From: an uncultured Gemmatimonadota bacterium
Lineage (GTDB): Bacteria > GCA-2686955
Reading direction: 5' to 3'
DNA length: 64,000 nucleotides
Assembly: GCA_964490075.1 (NCBI GenBank)
Contig: CAZBBK010000016.1
Location: forward strand, 1-64,000
Part shown: positions 1 through 12,317 of the stretch, piece by piece
How positions within the stretch are numbered: the stretch's first letter is position 1
How the letters are laid out: each line of letters opens with the position of its first letter
Notes under the pieces: generated by a model
Told to the model about the DNA's origin: nothing
What the model saw: only the letters and a program-made list of their open reading frames with translations
Database searches by the model: none
Made by a program: the position numbers and the translations under genes

Positions 1-82
1 CTAATTAGCGCGCGGCGCGAATCCCCTGGCGGCCACGGTGTAGATGTCGCCGAGGTGGCGGCGCCGGTCTACCGCTCGGGAA

Positions 83-2221
83 TCAGGACACCTTTTCCAG
101 CTTGGCGTAGCGCAGCAAGAGCTTCTTCAGCCCCACATCCTCGAACTGCACCTGCAGCCTGAGATCCTGTCCCAGTCCCTCGGTGTCGAGCACCTTGCCG
201 GAGCCCCACTCCGCGTGGCGCACCCGATCGCCGATCTCGAAGCGCACCCATTCGCCGGCACCGGGCGGCGGGACCTCTTGCTGCTCCTCGGTGTCGAAGA
301 TCTCGGTCTCGCGGCCGAAGGTCTGAACGTGCTCACGCAGCGGCTCCGGGATCTCGGCGATGAAGCGCGAGGGGTCGCCACGAAACGCGGCGCCGTCGCG
401 CTTGCGGTTGCGGGCATGGCAGATCGTCATGCTCCGCGAAGAGCGGCTCATCGCCACGTGAAAGAGCCGCCGCTCGATCTCGATGCGACCCTCTTGGTCG
501 GCGCGCGGGAAGACTCCCTCCTCGGCGCCGACCAGGATCACATGGGGAAAAGTCAGTCCGCGCGACACCGAGACGGTCATCAAGTGCACCAGGTCGAGCG
601 TGGGATCGTAGCGATCCTCCTCGACCCGGAGCGAGGCCTCACGCAGGAAATCGCTCGATCGGCACGGCGTGGCGCGTTCGCAGAATTCGCGCGCGAAAGA
701 CTGCAGCTCGTGCACCAGCGCCTCTCTGGCGTCTCGGTCGGCGACATTTTGCTGATGGATGTCCTCGATGTAGTGGGTCCGCTCGACGATCGCGTCGAGC
801 ATCGCCACGGCGTCGAGCTCTTCGCGCCGGGCGCTCAGGTCGTCGATCAGCTCGCAGAAATTGTGGATCTTGGTCTTGGAGTTCTTGGGCAGATCGGCGA
901 TCGACTCGGCGTCGCGGAGCGCTCGCAGAAAGTCGAGCCCTTGCGCCTCGGCATGCGCGGCGACCCGGCTCAGGGTGAGCTTGCCGATGCCGCGCCGGGG
1001 CACGTTGATGATCCGGTGCAGCGAGAGCAGATCGCGGGGATTGACGATCACCTTCAGATAGGCGAGCAGGTCTTTGACCTCCTTGCGCTCGGAGAAACGC
1101 TCGCCGCCCAGCACCCGGTGGCCGATGACCAGCTTGCGCAGCAGATCGCGGATGGTCCGAAACTGCGCGACGTCGCGGCCGATGATGGCGATCTCGGAGC
1201 GCCGCGCGCCGGCCGCCTGCAGGTCGCGCAGGCAGCGCTCGATGTCGCTCGCCTCGCCACGCTCGTTCCAGCTCTCCAGCACCTGGATCGGCGCCCCGTC
1301 CTCGCTCGATGGGGTGCGCAGCTTGGAGCGCCGCTCGCGGTTCTGCGCGATCACCTGGTTGGCAGCTTCCACCAGCGTCCGCGAGCCTCGGTAGCAACGG
1401 CCGAGAGCGAGCTCCTCCGCGCCCGGGTGGCTGCGAGCGAACTCCATCACCCCGCCGGGATCGTCGGCCGCTCCATCGAGCACCGACTGGTCCTCGTTGC
1501 CACATACGAAAAGTCTGGCGCCCGCGGCCAGGCGCGTCACCAGGGCGCGTTCGGCGGGACTCAGGTCGTGGTAGTCGTCGACCACCAGGTGGTCGATCGC
1601 GGCGCTCTCCTCGGCCTGCACCTCGGGGACCGACTCCAGCAGGTCGGCCACCTTGCAGGCCAGGTCCTGGCGGTCGAAGGCGTCGTAGCTCTTCAGCCGC
1701 GCCTCGTACTCGGTGAAGATCCGCGCCACCACGCGCGCCTCGTCGTCGGCGCCCGCCAGCTCGATCGCCTTGGGACCGTGCAGTCTCGCCTTGGCGCTCC
1801 AGATCCGCTCCACCACGCGCCGCGCATCGAGCTCTTCCGAGCCCACCGAGCGCAGCAGCTCTTCGACCAGCAGCACGGCATCTCCCCGGTCGTGGATCAC
1901 GAAGCAGGGAGTGCGATCGAGGCGCTCGGCGTGGCGAATCAGCAGCTCGGCGCCGAGCCGGCGGGCGGTCGTGATCGCCGGCATCGGGCCCTCGGCACCC
2001 GCGAGAGCCCGGACCCGCTCGCGCAGCGGCGCTTCGGCGGCCCGGTTGGGAACCAGCACCACGATTCCCTGAGGATCCTGGCCCGAGCGCAGCAGATGGG
2101 CGACGCGGTGGGCGACACAGGCGCTCTTCCCTGTCCCCGGTCCCCCCACGACCAGGGTTGCTGGGCGCTCGGACTGGACGGCCTGGGCCTGCGCCCGATC
2201 CAAACTGGCGATATCGCTCAT
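83..2221 (-). CDS. UvrD/PcrA/Rep-family (SF1A) helicase-like protein with degenerate catalytic motifs and C-terminal Tudor-like domain
   Basis: Q-motif LDRAQAQAV, Walker A GGPGTGKS, 2B segment FSERKEVKDLLAYLKVIVNPRD...RIINVPRRGIG, C-terminal GDRVRHAEWGSGKV...VQFEDVGLKKL typical of PcrA/UvrD; motifs II, III, V and VI diverged. Confidence 0.9.
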   Translation of the reverse strand: MSDIASLDRAQAQAVQSERPATLVVGGPGTGKSACVAHRVAHLLRSGQDPQGIVVLVPNRAAEAPLRERVRALAGAEGPMPAITTARRLGAELLIRHAERLDRTPCFVIHDRGDAVLLVEELLRSVGSEELDARRVVERIWSAKARLHGPKAIELAGADDEARVVARIFTEYEARLKSYDAFDRQDLACKVADLLESVPEVQAEESAAIDHLVVDDYHDLSPAERALVTRLAAGARLFVCGNEDQSVLDGAADDPGGVMEFARSHPGAEELALGRCYRGSRTLVEAANQVIAQNRERRSKLRTPSSEDGAPIQVLESWNERGEASDIERCLRDLQAAGARRSEIAIIGRDVAQFRTIRDLLRKLVIGHRVLGGERFSERKEVKDLLAYLKVIVNPRDLLSLHRIINVPRRGIGKLTLSRVAAHAEAQGLDFLRALRDAESIADLPKNSKTKIHNFCELIDDLSARREELDAVAMLDAIVERTHYIEDIHQQNVADRDAREALVHELQSFAREFCERATPCRSSDFLREASLRVEEDRYDPTLDLVHLMTVSVSRGLTFPHVILVGAEEGVFPRADQEGRIEIERRLFHVAMSRSSRSMTICHARNRKRDGAAFRGDPSRFIAEIPEPLREHVQTFGRETEIFDTEEQQEVPPPGAGEWVRFEIGDRVRHAEWGSGKVLDTEGLGQDLRLQVQFEDVGLKKLLLRYAKLEKVS

Positions 2222-2444
2222 CTACGACGCTCCCTATGCTCGCGATCGGTGAATCGCCCCGGCGCAGGTGCCTTGAACTCCGTGTTTGGTCTTCGAATCG
2301 GTGGGCGTGGTCGGGGGAATACGCCGCAGGATCGGACCCACTCAACGGTAGCGAAGGCCGCGTTCGCAGTCAACGGCGTGGGAGGTCTCGCGCGCGCAAT
2401 CTGTTCGGCGCACAATGCGCGCGGGGCGCCAGGAGCGGAGGCGC

Positions 2445-3272
2445 TCAGCTCACGTAGCTGCGCAGCAGTCGCGACGCATCGACCTGCCGCAGCCGGGCCA
2501 GGGCGCCGTTGCGGATCTGGCGGATGTACTCCTTGGTCACACCCAGGGTCTCGCCGATCTCGGCCAGGGTACGGGGACGCGCCCCAGTCAGGCCGTAGTA
2601 GAGACGCAGCACGGTGGCCTGGCGATCGCTGAGCTCGTCGAGCGCCTCGGCGACGTGATCGCGCAGCCGCTCGCGGGCCACCCGCTCCAGCGGATCCTCC
2701 ACCGAGTCGTCGGCCACGGTCTCGGCGATGGTACGCCCTTCGCCGTTCGGGCCGCCCCCGCAACGTCCCGAGAGCGGCACCATGCGGTACTGCGCCTCGG
2801 GGAACTCCGATGCGTCGCTTTCGACGGGCTGCTCGCTGGAGGTGCGAGCGCGTTGCTCCTTGATCGCCTTGCGCAGCCTGTTCTGGCGATAGACCGGGAT
2901 GCGAATCGTCGAGCGCTGATCCATCACCGCTTTGCGAACCGCCTGGCGGATCCAGTAGAAGGCGTAGGAGGCGAAACTGTTGCCGCGGCTGGCATCGAAG
3001 CGCCGCGCGCCTTCGATCAAGCCGATGTTGCCCTCGTTGACCAGGTCGGCCAGGGGCACGCCCAGGTGGCGATAGCGCCGCGCCACGAAGATCACCAGGC
3101 GCAGGTTGCGCTCGATCAGCTCCTCCATCGCACCCGGCTTGCCGTCCCGAATGTCGTAGAGCAGCTGCCGCTCCTGGTCGGAATCGAGCAGGTCGTAGCG
3201 CTCGACGTCGCGGCGGTAGAGCCGCAGACTCTCTTCTTCCTGGAATGTCGGTCGGGTTGCGGTGGCCAGCAT
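2445..3272 (-). CDS. RNA polymerase sigma-70 factor, RpoD/RpoS-like, lacking region 1.1
   Basis: Region 2 NLRLVIFVARRY..DLVNEGNIGLIEGARRFD..FASYAFYWIRQA; region 4 RTLAEIGETLGVTKEYIRQI; ATG at 3272 chosen because GGAGG lies 7 nt upstream. Confidence 0.93.
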   Translation of the reverse strand: MLATATRPTFQEEESLRLYRRDVERYDLLDSDQERQLLYDIRDGKPGAMEELIERNLRLVIFVARRYRHLGVPLADLVNEGNIGLIEGARRFDASRGNSFASYAFYWIRQAVRKAVMDQRSTIRIPVYRQNRLRKAIKEQRARTSSEQPVESDASEFPEAQYRMVPLSGRCGGGPNGEGRTIAETVADDSVEDPLERVARERLRDHVAEALDELSDRQATVLRLYYGLTGARPRTLAEIGETLGVTKEYIRQIRNGALARLRQVDASRLLRSYVS

Positions 3273-3328
3273 GGTGGGACCTCCCATGGCGTTCACGGCG
3301 CGGGCCGGCGCCGGACAGGCCGAAAGAC

Positions 3329-3343
3329 GCAACAAGCGGACCA
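3329..3343 (-). promoter_or_regulatory. sigma54 (RpoN) -24/-12 promoter for the sigma70 gene
   Basis: Minus strand TGGTCCGCTTGTTGC matches TGGCACG-N4-TTGC with correct GG-N10-GC spacing, 57 nt upstream of the start codon. Confidence 0.7.
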
Positions 3344-3383
3344 GTTGCTCAAAACTTGAACATGAGGCGCTATGTCACTTATT

Positions 3384-3396
3384 TCTCAATATCTTG
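3384..3396 (+). promoter_or_regulatory. IHF-like binding site
   Basis: TCTCAATATCTTG, one mismatch to WATCAANNNNTTR, in an AT-rich patch between the putative enhancer and the sigma54 box. Confidence 0.4.
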
Positions 3397-3440
3397 CGCG
3401 CCGGGTCGACATTCGGCATGCAGCGCGAAGGGGTTGAGTA

Positions 3441-3487
3441 GTCGAAAACCCGGACACACGAGGCCCCAGTGCGTCCAGATTCTCGAC
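3441..3487. promoter_or_regulatory. Paired enhancer (UAS) sites for a sigma54 activator
   Basis: GTCGAAAACCCGGAC (3441-3455) and GTCCAGATTCTCGAC (3473-3487, reverse complement GTCGAGAATCTGGAC) match at 12/15 and are 32 bp apart. Confidence 0.55.
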
Positions 3488-3534
3488 GCCCCCCCCAATG
3501 GCCACCGCTCCGGGAGCCGGCCGGGCCGCCCCTT

Positions 3535-4922
<1,388 letters not shown>

Positions 4923-4926
<4 letters not shown>

Positions 4927-5642
4927 GGCGTGGCTCCAGGGCTGCTCTGGGCGCCGTGGCGGCAAAGTGTCGCGAGCTGGCAGGCGTCGCAGCGCGGCGC
5001 GCGCGCGGAACAGACCGCCCGGCCGTGCAGAATCAGCCGGTGGCTGATCACGATCCAGTCCTCTTCCGGCACCCGATCCATCAGCTCGATCTCGATGCGA
5101 CGCGGGTCGTGGCGCTCCTCCGCGAGGCCGAGGCGCCACGCCAGGCGTGCCACGTGGGTGTCGACGACAACACCTTCGGCGATCCCCCAGCATACCCCCA
5201 GCACCACGTTGGCGGTCTTGCGCGCGACCCCGGGAAGCTGCACCAGCTGCGCCAGAGTCCCAGGCACCTCGCCCGCGAAACGCTCCAGGATCATCCGGGC
5301 GGCGGCGCGCAGGTGGCGCGCCTTGTTGCGAAAGAGCCCGATCGAGCGGATCTCGTCCTCGATCTCTGCCTGGTCGGCGCCGGCGAAGGCTTCGATCGTC
5401 GGGAATCGCTCGAAGAGACTCGGGGTGACCCGGTTGACGCGCACGTCGGTCGACTGGGCGGAGAGCACCGTCGCCACCAGGAGCTGCCAGGGATCGGCGT
5501 GGTCCAGAGCGCAGTCGGCATCGGGATAGAGCCGCGCCAGGGCCTGCTGGATCGAATCCCGCCGCGCCGCGTCCGCGCCAGCGCCCGCGGAGGGCCCGCG
5601 ATCCGGCCGGGAGGCTGCCCTCTTGGCGCCCGCGCGCCTCAC
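4923..5642 (-). CDS. nth: Endonuclease III
   Basis: LLVATVLSAQSTD, HhH LPGVARKTANVVL, VDTHV, 4Fe-4S motif CSARAPRCDACQLATLC. Confidence 0.95.
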
Positions 5643-7027
5643 GGCAGCAGCTTGCCGGGATTCATGATGTCGCCAGGATCGAAGATCCGCTTGAGCTGGC
5701 GCTGCAGGGCCAGCACCGGCCGGCTCTGCTCCCAGGCCAGGTAGCGACGCTTGGCGAGCCCCACGCCGTGCTCCGCGCTGATCGTACCGCCGAGGTCGAG
5801 CGCGGCGCGAAACACCGCCTCGGAAGCCTGCTCGGCGCGCGGGCGGTCGGCCGGATCATCCCAGAGCATGTTGACGTGCAGATTGCCCTCGGCGGCGTGG
5901 CCGTAGGCGGCCATGTCGATGCCCGAGGAATCGCGGATGCGGGCCACGGCGTCGATCAGGTCGGGGATCCGCACCCGCGGCACGCCGACATCCTCCGAGA
6001 TCCAGTAGCGCCGCCCCTCCTTGATCGAGGCCGATAGATCGCGCCGCACCCGCCAGATCGCCTCGCGCTGACCGGCGCTCGCCGCCACCGTGATCGGATC
6101 GGCGCCGTGGGCGCTCAGCACCTCGCCCACCGCCTCCAGGCCGGCGTCGAGCCCCTCCTCGTCGCGCTCCGCGTCGAGCTCCAGCAGCAGCGCCGCCCGC
6201 GCGCCCTCCGGCACCCCGAGCTCGGCGTTCTGGGCGCGCGCGGCATCGAGGCTCAGGCCGTCGATCAGCTCGGCGCAGCGCACGTCGACGCCGCAGGCCG
6301 CCAGCTCCGCGACCGCGCGGGCGGCGTCGGCGACCGCCTCGAAGTAGCAGAGCAGGGTTCGGATCGCGCGCGGCAGAGGGCGCAGCCGCACCGTCACTCC
6401 GGTGACCACCCCCAGCGTCCCCTCGCTGCCCACCACCAACGCCGTGAGATCGTAGCCGGCCACCCCTTTGAGGGTCCGGCGCCCCAAGCGCAGACACTCT
6501 CCGGTCGCCACCACCAGGTCGAGGCCGAGCACATACTCGCGGGTCACGCCGTACTTGATCGAACAAGGTCCGCCGGCGTTGGTGGCGACGTTGCCTCCCA
6601 GGGTGCAGGTCTCCAGCGAGTTGGGATCGGGCGGATAGAAGAAGCCCTGCTCGGCGACCCGATTGCGCAGCTCGCCGGTGATCACCCCCGGCTCCACCTC
6701 CGCCACCATCGAGCGGGTATCGATCTCGGCGACGCGGTTCATCGCGCTCAGGTCGATCACCAGCCCCCCTCGGGTCGGGATGCAGCCCCCCGCCTTCCCG
6801 GTGCCCCCGCCGCGCGCCGTCACCGGGATCGAGTGGGCGGCGGCGAGCTTCACCGCCTCGGCCACCTCGCTCGCCTCGCGGGCGCGCAGTACCGCCGCAG
6901 GCGGCACCGGCGGCAGCCCGGACTCGTCGCCGGCGTAGCTCGCCAGCAGGTCGCAATCGACCACCACCCGGTCCGCGCCCAGGGCGCGCTCCAGCGCGGC
7001 GATCCAGCTTTCGGAGTTGGCGGCCAT
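5639..7027 (-). CDS. FAD-linked oxidase, GlcD/D-lactate dehydrogenase family
   Basis: RGGGTG, FFYPPDPNS, LGGNVATNAGG, GSEGTLGVVT, GHAAEGNLH, GTISAEHGVG, DIMNPGK; start taken at MAANSES. Confidence 0.92.
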   Translation of the reverse strand: MAANSESWIAALERALGADRVVVDCDLLASYAGDESGLPPVPPAAVLRAREASEVAEAVKLAAAHSIPVTARGGGTGKAGGCIPTRGGLVIDLSAMNRVAEIDTRSMVAEVEPGVITGELRNRVAEQGFFYPPDPNSLETCTLGGNVATNAGGPCSIKYGVTREYVLGLDLVVATGECLRLGRRTLKGVAGYDLTALVVGSEGTLGVVTGVTVRLRPLPRAIRTLLCYFEAVADAARAVAELAACGVDVRCAELIDGLSLDAARAQNAELGVPEGARAALLLELDAERDEEGLDAGLEAVGEVLSAHGADPITVAASAGQREAIWRVRRDLSASIKEGRRYWISEDVGVPRVRIPDLIDAVARIRDSSGIDMAAYGHAAEGNLHVNMLWDDPADRPRAEQASEAVFRAALDLGGTISAEHGVGLAKRRYLAWEQSRPVLALQRQLKRIFDPGDIMNPGKLLP

Positions 7028-7417
7028 GGTCGTGCCTGGTTTGGAGATGGAGCCCCTCACACCCGATGAGGGTATCTCTTCCTCGATTTCACAAGGCCTG
7101 CATTCACTCCGGCCTTTCGACACGGCATTTCGGAGTGGCCCCCTTCGGGGGACAGACCTCGGCCGGTCCCCCTCGAGAGATGCGGCATCGCCCCCGGCCT
7201 CGGGGAAGATCGCGCGCCGGGGCGCTCGGGCCGCCGCCGGTCCCCCCCCCGTCTGGATGACCGTCCGGTCCCGGTCACGAGCCGCTCCCGGATCACCAAG
7301 CCCGCGCCTCTCTCCCTTCCTCCGCTGCGCGGCGCGGTGGCGGTCGCCCGAGGGGATCGAGAGGTCTCGCGCAAGGGCGCCAGGGCGCCCCGGAGACCCG
7401 CGGACTCCCACCGGTCC

Positions 7418-7674
7418 CGACACAAAGCCCAGCTCCGCGCCCGGAACCGCGAGCCATGACGCCTTTCCGCGACACAACTCGCCACTCTCGACCGAGAGTG
7501 CGGAGCTACGACCGTATATCCGTCACAACTCGTCACTCAGCGCGATGAAACCGGAGCCACGACCGTATTCGCGTCGTACCTCGCGACTCTCGATCGAGAT
7601 CGCCGAGTTGTGACCAGAATCTGGCCGCAACCTTCGGCTCCTAGATCGGAACCGCGAGCTACGACCGGATTCCG
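7418..7674. repeat. Five degenerate ~51-bp tandem palindromic repeats
   Basis: Units start at 7418, 7470, 7521, 7572 and 7623, sharing cg(a/t)cacaactcg...gagc(t/c)acgacc. Confidence 0.7.
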
Positions 7675-7804
7675 CCCCTGATGCTACGACGCCGGAACGG
7701 GCAGGGGCAGGGCATGGGCACGATTGGTCGCATTCCGTTAGTTCCCTTCGTATGTCCAAACCTCAGGTTCGCTATCATGGGCTTTTTCACTCGGAGTCGT
7801 TCCC

Positions 7805-9091
7805 ATGCTGCCCTCGACCCTGCGCCGCATAGAGCATCGCTTGCGCCAGGTCGAGCGCTCCTGTCTGCCCGCCGCCGAGCGGGCCGCGCTGCCGCCCGAG
7901 GCCGCGCCTCCCGATGATCCGCTCGCCACCCTCGACCAGGCGGTGGCGCTGCTCGAAGAGCCCGTGCCGCGCGCCCTGGCATCCAGGATCGCGGCACTGC
8001 GCGGGCTCATCAAGGGGAGCGGAGAGGGCGCCGCGCTGCGCGCCTACGCCGCCGGCCACGGCTTTCTGGGAGTGCGCCGCTTCGACACCGAAAAGAGCCG
8101 GCGCCTCTATCGCCTCCAGGTCGAGACACTTCCGCGGCATGTCAACAACCTGCACCTGATCCTCGGCGGGAGCAGCACCATTCTTCACGATGCCGGCTCG
8201 TTCCTCGACTCCACCGTCAGAGATCTGCGGCTCGGCTTCGCCGCGGTGCGCGCCGGATGGGGCGAGAGCGTTCGCCTGGAGAGCGTCGACGACATCGTGG
8301 TCAGCCACTCGCACCTCGACCACTTCGGCGGCTGCGCCTGGTTCAAGCGCCACAGCGCCGCGCGCATCCACGTACACGAGCTCGATCTGCGCGTGCTGGT
8401 CGACTTCGACGAGCGGATCGCGTTCGCCAGCAAGGCGCTCGAGATCTTCTTCGAGCGCGCCGGCCTGGAGCCGGACGAGTGCCGCGAGCTGCTCGATCTC
8501 TATGTGTCGACCAAGGCGCTGGTCGAGTCGTGCTCCGTCGATCGCGTCCTGCGCGACGGCGACTCGATCGATGGCTGCATCGAGGTCATCCATACGCCCG
8601 GGCACTGTCCCGGTCAAATATGTCTCTTGATCGGCGATCATCTGCTCACCGCCGACCACGTGCTGCCCGATATCACCCCCCACCTCGGCCCCGAGCTGAT
8701 CACGCCGCACACCGGCGTCACCCACTACATCGAGGCGCTGCACAAGATCGGCACTCTTCCGGGAGTGCGGCGCGCGCTGCCGGGGCACGGCGAGCCGATC
8801 GAGGATTTCCCGGGTCGCGTCGCGGAGATCTTGCGCCATCACCGGCGGCGCCTGGAGAAGGTGCTCGAGATCTGTCGCGAGGGAGCGACGATTCGCGAGG
8901 TCTCGCTCGGTCTCTTCGGCAAGCGCACCAGCTACCACCGCATCCTGGCGGTGCAGGAGGCGGGCGCCCATGTGGAACACCTGCAGATGATCGGGCGCCT
9001 GAGAATCGCCAACCTCGAGGAGATCGAGGAGCGGGGATCGGTCCCCTATCGCTACGTGGTGCGCGAGTCGATTCCTTCTCGCGCGGGTTGA
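7805..9091 (+). CDS. MBL-fold metallo-hydrolase
   Basis: SHSHLDHFGG, HTPGHCPGQ, TADHVLP, PGHG motifs. Confidence 0.9.
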   Translation: MLPSTLRRIEHRLRQVERSCLPAAERAALPPEAAPPDDPLATLDQAVALLEEPVPRALASRIAALRGLIKGSGEGAALRAYAAGHGFLGVRRFDTEKSRRLYRLQVETLPRHVNNLHLILGGSSTILHDAGSFLDSTVRDLRLGFAAVRAGWGESVRLESVDDIVVSHSHLDHFGGCAWFKRHSAARIHVHELDLRVLVDFDERIAFASKALEIFFERAGLEPDECRELLDLYVSTKALVESCSVDRVLRDGDSIDGCIEVIHTPGHCPGQICLLIGDHLLTADHVLPDITPHLGPELITPHTGVTHYIEALHKIGTLPGVRRALPGHGEPIEDFPGRVAEILRHHRRRLEKVLEICREGATIREVSLGLFGKRTSYHRILAVQEAGAHVEHLQMIGRLRIANLEEIEERGSVPYRYVVRESIPSRAG

Positions 9092-10164
9092 GGATCTGCC
9101 CCCAACCGCCGCAGCAGATTGCGCGCCGCGACCCGCGTCGTAACCGCGGTCGCCAGCTCGGAGATCGCCACCGACACCGCCGCGTCCGGGTCGCGCGCCA
9201 CCATCGGCCGCGCCTCGTCGGCCCCGACCCTGACGCCGAGGTCGATCGGGATCTCTCCGAGAAAAGGAACGCCGAGCCGCTCGGCGGCCTTTCGAGCGAC
9301 GCCGTGGCCGAAGATCTCGTGCCGCTTGTCGCATTTGGGGCAGACGAAATAGCTCATGTTCTCGACCACGCCGAGAGTCTCGATCTGCACGTCGTCGAAC
9401 ATCGTCTTGCCGCGCTCGACATCCTCCAGCGCCACTTCCTGCGGCGTGGTGACGATCAACGCCCCCGCCACCTCTACCTGCTGCGAAAGCGTGAGCTGAA
9501 TGTCCCCGGTGCCGGGCGGCAGGTCGAGCACCAAGTAGTCGCGTGCGCCCCAGCTCACGTCGCTCAGGAACTGGGTCAGGGCACCGTGCAGCATCGGCCC
9601 GCGCCACACCATCGGGGTGTCGGGGGGAACCAGATAGCCCATCGAGATCACCGCCACGCCGTGGGCCACACCCGGGCGGATTCGCTTCCGGTCGTCATAG
9701 CTGGGGCGCGCCCCTTCGCCCATCAGAGTCGGCATCGACGGACCGTACACGTCACAGTCGAGCAGCCCCACGGCGGCACCCTCGCCGGCCAAAGCCACCG
9801 CCAGATTCGCCGCCAGGGTCGACTTGCCGACGCCGCCCTTTCCCGACGCCACCGCGATCACGTTCTTGATGCCCGGAATCGATTCCCGTCCCGCGCCGAT
9901 CACCTCGACGCGTTCGGTGATCTGGACACCTTCGATGCCGGCCTCGGCTCCCGCGGCGTCCTGCAGCGCTTCGCGAATCGCCGAACGCCCCTGGTAGCGG
10001 TGAGAAGGCAGCACCAGCTCGATCCGGGCGCAGCCCGCGGAGCGGCTCAGCTCCCCGATCATGCCCAGGCGCACCACGTTCTCTTTGGCGATCGGATCGA
10101 CGACGCCGGCGAAGAGCTCACGCGCCTGGTCGACGGTGGAGTCGTTCATTTGCACATCGTTCAT
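9052..10164 (-). CDS. mrp: Mrp/NBP35 (ApbC) Fe-S cluster carrier ATPase
   Basis: ASGKGGVGKST, DCDVYGPS, WRGPM, DLPPGTGD, VENMSYFVCPKC. Confidence 0.95.
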   Translation of the reverse strand: MNDVQMNDSTVDQARELFAGVVDPIAKENVVRLGMIGELSRSAGCARIELVLPSHRYQGRSAIREALQDAAGAEAGIEGVQITERVEVIGAGRESIPGIKNVIAVASGKGGVGKSTLAANLAVALAGEGAAVGLLDCDVYGPSMPTLMGEGARPSYDDRKRIRPGVAHGVAVISMGYLVPPDTPMVWRGPMLHGALTQFLSDVSWGARDYLVLDLPPGTGDIQLTLSQQVEVAGALIVTTPQEVALEDVERGKTMFDDVQIETLGVVENMSYFVCPKCDKRHEIFGHGVARKAAERLGVPFLGEIPIDLGVRVGADEARPMVARDPDAAVSVAISELATAVTTRVAARNLLRRLGADPQPAREGIDSRTT

Positions 10165-10166
10165 TG

Positions 10167-10604
10167 CTAGAAGCCGAGGGTCAGTTTGGCCGCATCGCTC
10201 ATCATCGCCGGGCTCCAGGGTGGCTCCCAGACCACCTCGAGCTGGGTCCCCTTGACCTCCTCGACCGAGCGGATCTTCAGCTCGACCTCGGCCGGAAGCT
10301 CACCGGCAACCGGACACATCGGCGAGGTCAAGGTCATCTTGATGAAAGCGTTGCGATCGGTATCCAGCTCGACGCCGTAGACCAGGCCGAGCTCGAAGAT
10401 GTCGACCGGGATCTCCGGATCGTAGACCGTACGCAACACATCTTCGATCGCGGTCTTGAGCGCCGGTGTGGCGCCCGGTCCGGTCACGATGCCGCTGTCC
10501 GGCGCCGCGCCGTCCTCATCTCCGCCGCGGCTCTTGGGATCGGCCACGGGGGCGTCCCGTTGCTCGCCGGCCGGCGTCATGCCGGTGCTGCTCTGGAAGT
10601 CCAT
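10167..10604 (-). CDS. sufT: SUF system Fe-S assembly protein (DUF59/SufT-like)
   Basis: VYDPEIPVDIFELGLVY, MTLTSPMCPVA, WEPPW. Confidence 0.88.
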   Translation of the reverse strand: MDFQSSTGMTPAGEQRDAPVADPKSRGGDEDGAAPDSGIVTGPGATPALKTAIEDVLRTVYDPEIPVDIFELGLVYGVELDTDRNAFIKMTLTSPMCPVAGELPAEVELKIRSVEEVKGTQLEVVWEPPWSPAMMSDAAKLTLGF

Positions 10605-10620
10605 TTGCTTCCTCTTCTTT

Positions 10621-11066
10621 CTACTCGGTGGTGACCGGGTCGTCGGCGCCGCGCAGCGCCGCGCGCAGCGTGTGCCAGGTCAGGGTCGCGCACTTCACGC
10701 GCATCGGGTACTCGCGCACCCCGGCGAAAACCTGCAGCTTGCCCAGATCTTCCTGCTCGTCGTCCGCTTCCCCGGTCACCAAGGTGTGGAAGCGTTCGAA
10801 GAGCCGATCGATATCCTGCTCCGCCTTTCCTTTCACCGCTTCGGTCATCATCGAGGCCGACGCCATCGAGATGGCGCAGCCGTCGCCGGAGAAGCCGATG
10901 TCGACCACCGTGTCCCCCTCCATCTTCAGGAAGACTTTGATCGAGTCACCGCAGAGCGGATTGAAGCCGTCGGCCGAGCAGGTGCAGTCGCTCAAGGCGC
11001 CGCTGTTGCGCGGTCGCTTGTAGTGATCGATGATCATCTGCTGGTAGAGATCTCTGAGATCCGACA

Positions 11067-11067
<1 letters not shown>
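10621..11067 (-). CDS. sufU: SUF system NifU/SufU-family protein
   Basis: MSDLRDLYQQMIIDHYKRPRN, NPLCGD, GCAISMASAS, RVKCATL. Confidence 0.93.

Positions 11068-12313
<1,246 letters not shown>

Positions 12314-12317
<4 letters not shown>

Noticed and set aside
44-2632. Long plus-strand ORF (862 aa), and similar long antisense ORFs such as 21025-24975, 32532-36920 and 36679-40062
   Set aside because: Shadow frames of real genes in high-GC DNA with no recognisable motifs; only the last 112 aa of 21025-24975 (Hpt) is accepted
7043-7080. Fluoride-riboswitch-like GGAGATGGAG start
   Set aside because: Wrong strand for the adjacent gene and the downstream conserved elements are missing
7200-7330. 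SAM-I or FMN riboswitch-like words on the minus strand
   Set aside because: Only short partial matches; core conserved segments not found
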